From: an uncultured bacterium
GTDB taxonomy: Bacteria > Bacillota_I > Bacilli_A > RFN20 > CAG-826
Reading direction: 5' to 3'
Length of the DNA: 64,000 nt
NCBI GenBank assembly: GCA_949293175.1
Contig: CASFCI010000008.1
Coordinates: 954-64,953 of the forward strand
Below, in pieces: positions 57,505-64,000 of the stretch (positions are counted from its first letter, which is position 1; every line of letters starts with the position of its first letter). The translations under genes were made by a program, and so were the position numbers. Under the pieces are notes generated by a model. It had not been told where the DNA came from, did no database searches, and was given only the letters and a program-made list of their open reading frames with translations.

Positions 57505-60177
57505 ATGAAAAAGAAATCGCTTCCTATCATCGCCATAGCCGCCATTTTAGGCTTGGCCTCCTGTGCCGAGGCGCGAACATCGCCTATAGAGAGCGGCACC
57601 CCATCCGATTCAACCTCGGAAGTGAGCAGCTCTTCAGCAGTGCAGGAATCCACTTCCACCTCAACCTCGACCTCTACTTCAATCATACTGCCGGTCGAGG
57701 TCACCATCTTAGACGTTGAAAGCACCGAGCTAGAGGTCGGCGCCACGCTCACGCTAGAAGTCAACGTTAAGAACAACATCGATGACCTTCCGGTCGTCTA
57801 TTCGTCTAGCGACGAAGGCATCCTGACGGTCGAGGACGGAGTCGTCACCGCGACCGGGCTAGGAGAGGCCACCATCACCGTCACCGTCGGTGAGGCCAGC
57901 GACACCCTTACTTTGACGACCACCATGCCTTCAGCCATGATCGGCGAGTGGGTTGGCAACGATGGCAGCGCCTACCATGAGCTATCCATCGGTAAAGATG
58001 GGTTCGTCCTGAATGGGGAAAAGCTCGAGGTCGTCGAGACCCTCACCCTCATTTCCACCGGCTTCCGCGCGAAAGTACTAATCGATGATGCAAACTACAT
58101 CCTCGAATACTATGTGAGCCCGTTCACCGGCGAAATCTACGTCGAGATGACCATGATCGGCGGGTCGAGCGGAATGAGGCTATACAAGGAAGGGTCGGTT
58201 GAAGATCCATATCCCCCGCTTCCCGCTTCTTGGGCCGGCACCTACACCGGAACTCGCCCCGTCGAGGACGACACCCATGTCTACACCTTGGTCATTTCTA
58301 ACGATGGCAAGGCGAGTCTCGACGGCAAAGACGTCCATTGCCTTGCCTGCGATCAGGTAGGCGCCGCGACCGTGCTTATCGAGGATGAGGAATATACCTT
58401 GGCCAAAATAGGCGATACCATCACCCTCTGCAAGACAGGCGAGGATTTCATCTTGATGCTCGATAAAGAAGCTGAAGGCGAGCAGCCGGAGCCCGGGGTC
58501 TACGAGCCCGAGGACGCCTCTTGGCTCGGCACCTGGACCGATGGGACCCATACCCTAATCGTCAACGAGCAGTGGAACTGGTCGCTAGACGGTGATTTGG
58601 CCGACAAGGTCTGGGAATACGAGTCCGGCGAGATAGTCCTGCAGTTCAACGGCGCCGGAAACAGCGTCACGCGCTACTACCTAGAGAGGACGCTGATCGA
58701 TGGGGTCGACACCGTGGTCGTCTCTAGCCTCACCATGGGCCAGGATGATTACTGGCATCTGGTCAAGGAGGTTGCTGAGCCGGTAACCTTGCCAGAAGAG
58801 GCCGTCGGCGAATGGGTCTCTGACTTCGCCTACGCCCCGACCTTGGTCGTGAACGAGGACGGGTCCATCACCTTGGGCGGAGTCACCTCAACCCCGGAGA
58901 TAACCGATGATGGGACTGGGGTCCTCTGTTGGGAGCTCCCCCACCCCGATGAGCCGTCCATGATACTTGCCTTCGTCTACACGCCGGAAAAAGACGGCAA
59001 CCCGGCCACCATAAGCTACAACAACGGAAACATCGTCTATACCAAGAAGGACGAAACCGCTCCGATCGTGGTGCCAGACGTCCTAATCGGCACCTGGACT
59101 GGAGAAGACTATAGCGGAAACGAAATAACCGTCGTCATCGCAGAAGACGGCACCGTTACGGTAAACGGCGAGCCAGCCAGCTTCGAAGACCCGTTTGTGG
59201 ATGACGGATCTTATCTTTCGACGCACATATACTACGACGGCGCCAGCCACACGTTCGATTACGTCCTCAGCAGCGGCGAGATATACCTAGGTTTCTTCAC
59301 CCTGACCAAAGTCGAGGAGACCGAGGAGCCTGATCCCGAGCCGACCATCGTGCTTCCTGAGGGCATAGTCGGAACCTGGAAGAGCGAGGACACCGGATCG
59401 GTAATCGTGATAGGCGATGACGGGTCGATAACCGTCGATGGGGAGCCCGCGTCGTTCGTCACTGATTTCGAGGAGCAGTACGGTAGCTCGTTCGTGGCCG
59501 ACGTCGAGGTAGGCGGGGAGACCGAGACGCTCGAATTCAACACCGCGTTCGGCTCGATCTACTTTGGATGGGACGCCTACAAGAAGGTCGAGGAGACCGA
59601 GGAGCCTGAGCCTACTCCGGCCATCGAATTGCCTGATGGCATCGTCGGTACCTGGGAGGATGCCACAACCGGGTCCGTCATCGTCATAGGCGATGACGGC
59701 ACGATCACCATCGACGGGGAGGAAGCCGCGTTCGCCGGTGAGTTCGAGGAGCAGTACGAGGGTTCATTCGTCGTCCAGGTCGAGGTCGGAGGGGAGACAA
59801 AAACCCTGGAATTCAACTCAGCCTTCGGGTCCATCTACTTCGGCTATGGGTCGTACAAGAAGGTCGAGGATACCGAGGAGCCAACGCAGACGACCTTCCC
59901 GGCTGAACTCATAGGCACTTGGACCGGCACCGATACATTCTATGGCGGCTCCATGACCTTGATAATCGCCGAAGACGGGACCGTCACCTATAACGGAACC
60001 GTCGCCACCTCCGTCGCTGCTTATAACGAAGACACCGGGCTGTTCACCTTCGTCATCAACGGCGATCAGTTCCGGGCCACGGTCCAGGAAGACGTCATAA
60101 GCCACGAGATCACCATCACCCTTTCCTGCTTAGGCGGGTTGACGATGGTTCAGGGCAAATTGACAAAGGCCGCGTGA
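57505..60177 (+). CDS. Lipoprotein with an Ig-like (Big_2-like) domain and tandem ~90-aa G-x-W repeats
   Basis: Lipobox LASC, S/T linker, YSSSDEGILTVEDGVVTA (Ig-like), repeated P..(L/I)(I/V)GTW...(L/I)VI..DG.ITxxG units. Confidence 0.85.
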   Translation: MKKKSLPIIAIAAILGLASCAEARTSPIESGTPSDSTSEVSSSSAVQESTSTSTSTSTSIILPVEVTILDVESTELEVGATLTLEVNVKNNIDDLPVVYSSSDEGILTVEDGVVTATGLGEATITVTVGEASDTLTLTTTMPSAMIGEWVGNDGSAYHELSIGKDGFVLNGEKLEVVETLTLISTGFRAKVLIDDANYILEYYVSPFTGEIYVEMTMIGGSSGMRLYKEGSVEDPYPPLPASWAGTYTGTRPVEDDTHVYTLVISNDGKASLDGKDVHCLACDQVGAATVLIEDEEYTLAKIGDTITLCKTGEDFILMLDKEAEGEQPEPGVYEPEDASWLGTWTDGTHTLIVNEQWNWSLDGDLADKVWEYESGEIVLQFNGAGNSVTRYYLERTLIDGVDTVVVSSLTMGQDDYWHLVKEVAEPVTLPEEAVGEWVSDFAYAPTLVVNEDGSITLGGVTSTPEITDDGTGVLCWELPHPDEPSMILAFVYTPEKDGNPATISYNNGNIVYTKKDETAPIVVPDVLIGTWTGEDYSGNEITVVIAEDGTVTVNGEPASFEDPFVDDGSYLSTHIYYDGASHTFDYVLSSGEIYLGFFTLTKVEETEEPDPEPTIVLPEGIVGTWKSEDTGSVIVIGDDGSITVDGEPASFVTDFEEQYGSSFVADVEVGGETETLEFNTAFGSIYFGWDAYKKVEETEEPEPTPAIELPDGIVGTWEDATTGSVIVIGDDGTITIDGEEAAFAGEFEEQYEGSFVVQVEVGGETKTLEFNSAFGSIYFGYGSYKKVEDTEEPTQTTFPAELIGTWTGTDTFYGGSMTLIIAEDGTVTYNGTVATSVAAYNEDTGLFTFVINGDQFRATVQEDVISHEITITLSCLGGLTMVQGKLTKAA

Positions 60178-60250
60178 CGGTAAGACCGGATATACAAGAT
60201 AAGCCATCCTCACGGGTGACTTTTCGTGTTTGTTTTGCCTGAGTATAACG

Positions 60251-61762
60251 CTACTTTGCCAAGCTTTTGCCGCTATATTCAGCATCGGCCTGATGGCTTT
60301 CCTCGATCTTAGGGGTATCGATGTCCTTGAACGCCTTGCCTTTGATCAGATAGATGTAGATGCCGACGAAGAGGATCAGGAAGGCGAATATCCAGGCCAA
60401 GGAATCGGAGAAGCAGACCGAGACGAAGGCCTTGTCGCTTACGGGGTTGGATGGGTCGACGAGCCTCGGCATGAACTCGGCGCAGGCGATGCGCCCGACC
60501 AGCTCGCAAACGCCAGCTAGGAACGGAAACAGCGACTTGCCAATGCCCTGAAGGTAGTTTCTGCCAACGAAGAGCAAGCCAAGCGAGAAATACATGCACG
60601 AATCGACGATCATGTAGGTCGAGGCATAGAACCTCACCCGGTCGTTGTTGTTCTCAGCGCTTAGGAACAATCCGGTGTAGAAGCCATTTATCGAGCAGGT
60701 CACCCCGATCACGGCCAGGATGACGTAGATGATGAGCATCAGTATCAAGGCCTGCTTCAGCCCCTTCTTTAACCGCCCCACGTCCTTCGAGCCGTAGTTC
60801 TGCCCCGAATAGGATAGGCAGGCGGTCCCAAGCGCCGTAAGCGGGCACATCAGGAAGTCGTTGAACTTGACCGCCGCCCCATAGGCGATCTTGCAGTCGA
60901 ACACCCCGTCGCCATGCCCGATGTCGAACAAGACCATCGCCTTCTCGAGGGTGATGAGCCCAATCGCGAGGATCGAGAACTGGAAAGCCAATGGGAGCCC
61001 GAGCTTGAGGTGGCTGTACATGAACTTCCAGGACATCTTGAAATCGGATAGCTTCACCCGGAAGAACGGGTATTTCACCAGCGAGTAGATCAAGCAGGCG
61101 ATGAAGGCGACGAACTGCGAGAAGATGGTGGCGAAGGCCGCCCCGGCGACGCCCCAGCGGAATAGCAATATGAAGGCGAAATCGAGGGCGATGTTGAGGA
61201 TCGTCGAACCGATGAGGAACAGAAGCGGGGTCAAGGAGTCGCCGATGCTGCGTAGCACGCTCACCATCATGTTGTAGAAGACCTGGGTGAACAGCCCGAT
61301 GTAGATTATGAGCAGGTACATCTGGGCGTACTGGTAGTCTTCCTCAGACGGCTTGAGGTCGATGTAGGCCAATAGCGGCTTGATGAGCAGCACCGCCAAG
61401 ATGGTGAGCACCACCGAGATTACCGCGGAGAGGAATATCTGGGTGGCGAACGACTTCCTTATGCCCTCCTCGTTCTTCTCGCCGGCGTAGTTGCTCGTAA
61501 TCACCGAGAAGCCACTTGAGCATCCGAAGGCGAACTGCAGGACGATGTAGATAAGCGAATAGACGACGTTGACGCCGCTGACCTCGGCCGCGGAAAGGTA
61601 TTGCCCGACTATCGCGGCGTCGGAGATCGTGTAGACCTGCTGGAAGATGTATGAGATGAGGATCGGGATCATGAAGATGATCAGCTGCTTGTAGGGCTTA
61701 CCTTTGGTAAGATCCACCGGTTTGAACAGGTTTTTGATCGATTGAGCAGCGTTAAATCTCAT
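60251..61762 (-). CDS. MATE-family efflux transporter
   Basis: DLTKG.P, FQQVY...D..IVG, RSIGDS.TPL, NI.LD, GVAGAA.AT. Confidence 0.93.
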   Translation of the reverse strand: MRFNAAQSIKNLFKPVDLTKGKPYKQLIIFMIPILISYIFQQVYTISDAAIVGQYLSAAEVSGVNVVYSLIYIVLQFAFGCSSGFSVITSNYAGEKNEEGIRKSFATQIFLSAVISVVLTILAVLLIKPLLAYIDLKPSEEDYQYAQMYLLIIYIGLFTQVFYNMMVSVLRSIGDSLTPLLFLIGSTILNIALDFAFILLFRWGVAGAAFATIFSQFVAFIACLIYSLVKYPFFRVKLSDFKMSWKFMYSHLKLGLPLAFQFSILAIGLITLEKAMVLFDIGHGDGVFDCKIAYGAAVKFNDFLMCPLTALGTACLSYSGQNYGSKDVGRLKKGLKQALILMLIIYVILAVIGVTCSINGFYTGLFLSAENNNDRVRFYASTYMIVDSCMYFSLGLLFVGRNYLQGIGKSLFPFLAGVCELVGRIACAEFMPRLVDPSNPVSDKAFVSVCFSDSLAWIFAFLILFVGIYIYLIKGKAFKDIDTPKIEESHQADAEYSGKSLAK

Positions 61763-61943
61763 ACTGGCCTTCCCCCAAGGCAAGTTATTTTATGCAAATC
61801 GGTTCCCGAGTAAACACCGAGCTTAAATGGTTTTAGGCAAAACTAAAATCGGCGCCTCGCAAGTCATAAAAATCCTTAGACCGAAGGGAGGATAAACCGC
61901 GTCTATATAAATATAGGGGATAGCGAATATAATAGCGAAGACC

Positions 61944-64000
61944 ATGGGCGAGAGGACAAACGGCTTGCATACCAAACCGGCCAGCTTCGATTGGCAGAAG
62001 GCGTTTTGGTCCATATTGCCATACTTAGCCATCGCCGCCTCCACCATAGCGGTTTTCTACATATGGATAGTCAACCCCTTCCTCACCGGCGGGGACGACT
62101 TCACGACCCACCTCGGGATAGTCTACGACCTGGCATATGGGTTCAAGCATGGGTTCGTCTTCTCCACCAACCACGTCTATCTAGGGATATTCGCCTACAA
62201 CACCTCGCTTTTCTACGGGATGCTGCCCCATTATTGCGCGGCCATATTGGACGTATGCTTCAGCTTTGCCGGGGCGAATATCATCGGCTCAATGAAGGCC
62301 GTCTCGATCCTCTTCGCCTTCCTAGGCGGCGTTTACGCCTACAAGCTCTTCTATAGGGTGAGCGGCAACCGGGTGATCGGCATGGCCGGGGGTATCGCCT
62401 TCTGCTTCCTGCCCTACCGCATCTACTGCTACATGTACCGGTTCGCCTGGAGCGAGGCCATCGCCCTCAACTTCATGCCGATGTTCTTCTATGCCGTCTA
62501 CGCCTTGCTTCATGACGACCGCTTGAAGGTCGGTCCCTTTGTTACCTTGGTGGTGTCGCTCGCCCTATCGGTGGTGAGCCACCCCTTCACCTCGATATTG
62601 ACCTTATGCGGCGGGGCGATATTGGCCCTATGCAATCTCAAATTGGTCATAAGGAAGGTCAAGGATTGGCGGTTCGACGTCTACCTCGGATGCTCGGTGC
62701 TGCTGGAGATCGGCATGGTTTTCTTCTTCGTCTTCCCGATGCTGCAGGCAACAAGCAGCGGCTTATACCGGGTGAGCTACGACTCGATCATGTGGACGAC
62801 GCTTGAGCACATAATCTGGTCGTTCGTCCAGACAAACCAGTTCTCTGGCCTGCTCAACTTCGAATGGGCAGCGGGGATTGGCATTTCGGTGACCAAACTA
62901 GACGCCGCGGCCTATTGGATCGTCGGCCTTGTCCTCTTCCCGTTGCTATGCGCCCTTTCCTACATCGCCGATTGGCTTATCGACAAGAAGGTTCCATTGG
63001 ATTGGAAGATCAAGCTCCCGATTAGGATGGCGGCCTCGTTCGCGATATTGTTCGTGCCGTTATTCGTAATCGGCCAGCGCATCGAGGTATTCATCGCGAT
63101 GGGCCTTTACTACGGGGTTTATGTCCTGGCCTTCATGCTGCCGATAAGGCAAAGCGCCACGGAGGGAAGGAACATAAGGGAATCGCTTTTCGACTTGGCG
63201 AAGGACGGCAGCTTCTACGCCTGCGTAATACTGGCCTCGCTGGGCTTCCTCTATCTTTACACCTCCTTCATCTGGGAGGTTTCGCCATCGGTCCTATACA
63301 CCGCCCAATTCGCCTTCCGCTTCTGGGGGATAACCTCGTTCACCCTATTGTTCCTATTCATCTTGGTGGTCAAGGCCTTCGCCAAGTACAGGGCGGCCTG
63401 GATGGCCTCGCTGATGCTGTCGGCCTATCTATTCACTTTGTGCATGGGCGTGGTCGATAAGCGGATCTACAACGTCGAGCACGGCTATAGCCAATCCTTC
63501 GAGCCGGACCAGTCTTGGATAGAGGGGCGTTACCAATTCGGCTCACAGAACGAATACATGCCCCAGATCATCTATGACATCTACTATGGGGATGCGGAGC
63601 TGTCCTATCCGGATTCGCAGGCCAAGGCAATCGGGACCTTGATGATTGGCAGGAGGAAAGTGCTATTCGGCGAGGATAGCTACCTTGCCTACCTTGGGAT
63701 GCTAGATGGCGATTTCGAGGTCAAAGGCATTGAGAACCTCAACACCCCAGACGTCGACATATCGATTTCAGCCGCCAGCGAATCGCTGCTGCAGATACCG
63801 CAGTTCTACTACGAGGGCTACAAGGCCACCGCGGTCTATGAAGACGGAGAAAAAGTCAGCTGCGAGATATCCAATGTCGATGGCCTAGTTGCAATAAGCC
63901 TGCCCGAAGGCGACTACACATTGGAAATAAGATACCCGGGGCCGGCTCTACGTATTGCGGGATTCTATATCCTCGGATTCTCGATTGCCGGGGTTATTGC
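61944..64000 (+). CDS. Multi-pass membrane protein, PTPS-related/GT-C glycosyltransferase-like (3' end beyond the window)
   Basis: Manual translation of the 5' part gives MGERTNG...GGDDFTTHL...SLFYGMLPHY...PYR....YRFAWSE...SHP. Absent from the ORF track, consistent with no stop inside the window. Confidence 0.75.
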   Translation, partial: MGERTNGLHTKPASFDWQKAFWSILPYLAIAASTIAVFYIWIVNPFLTGGDDFTTHLGIVYDLAYGFKHGFVFSTNHVYLGIFAYNTSLFYGMLPHYCAAILDVCFSFAGANIIGSMKAVSILFAFLGGVYAYKLFYRVSGNRVIGMAGGIAFCFLPYRIYCYMYRFAWSEAIALNFMPMFFYAVYALLHDDRLKVGPFVTLVVSLALSVVSHPFTSILTLCGGAILALCNLKLVIRKVKDWRFDVYLGCSVLLEIGMVFFFVFPMLQATSSGLYRVSYDSIMWTTLEHIIWSFVQTNQFSGLLNFEWAAGIGISVTKLDAAAYWIVGLVLFPLLCALSYIADWLIDKKVPLDWKIKLPIRMAASFAILFVPLFVIGQRIEVFIAMGLYYGVYVLAFMLPIRQSATEGRNIRESLFDLAKDGSFYACVILASLGFLYLYTSFIWEVSPSVLYTAQFAFRFWGITSFTLLFLFILVVKAFAKYRAAWMASLMLSAYLFTLCMGVVDKRIYNVEHGYSQSFEPDQSWIEGRYQFGSQNEYMPQIIYDIYYGDAELSYPDSQAKAIGTLMIGRRKVLFGEDSYLAYLGMLDGDFEVKGIENLNTPDVDISISAASESLLQIPQFYYEGYKATAVYEDGEKVSCEISNVDGLVAISLPEGDYTLEIRYPGPALRIAGFYILGFSIAGVI

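Overview
A GC-rich chromosomal window (roughly 55-60% by eye, standard genetic code). The gene content (Spx, RNase J, YlbF, PlsX, lone PduL, archaeal-type ProRS, BspA lipoprotein) suggests a reduced-genome, probably gut-associated Bacilli; this lineage call is an inference. Most of the window is housekeeping genes (plsX, proS, coaD, rsmD, def, rnj, maf, spx, trpS, pgm, hpf, metK, pduL, mgtE, pgi), transporters, three large lipoproteins and nine tRNA genes. I found no CRISPR array, rRNA, integrase or transposase. The accessory content is as follows. (1) At the left edge, a translationally coupled operon: a ~1250-aa protein (duplicated N-terminal domain, RelE-like domain, SF1/UvrD helicase, TPR-like tail), a coiled-coil protein, and a Vsr endonuclease start that the ORF track misses. 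(2) Small cargo islets downstream of three lone tRNAs: two candidate structured sRNAs plus a DUF262-like pseudogene; a Sat-like acetyltransferase plus a GrpB-deaminase fusion; and an XRE-DUF3990 gene paired with an antitoxin-like/pyrophosphatase fusion. (3) An AT-rich orphan gene preceded by a possible toxin-tip remnant. (4) An atypical SAM-I-clan riboswitch upstream of metK. (5) Many apparently leaderless genes. All family calls come from reading motifs by eye; no database searches were run.
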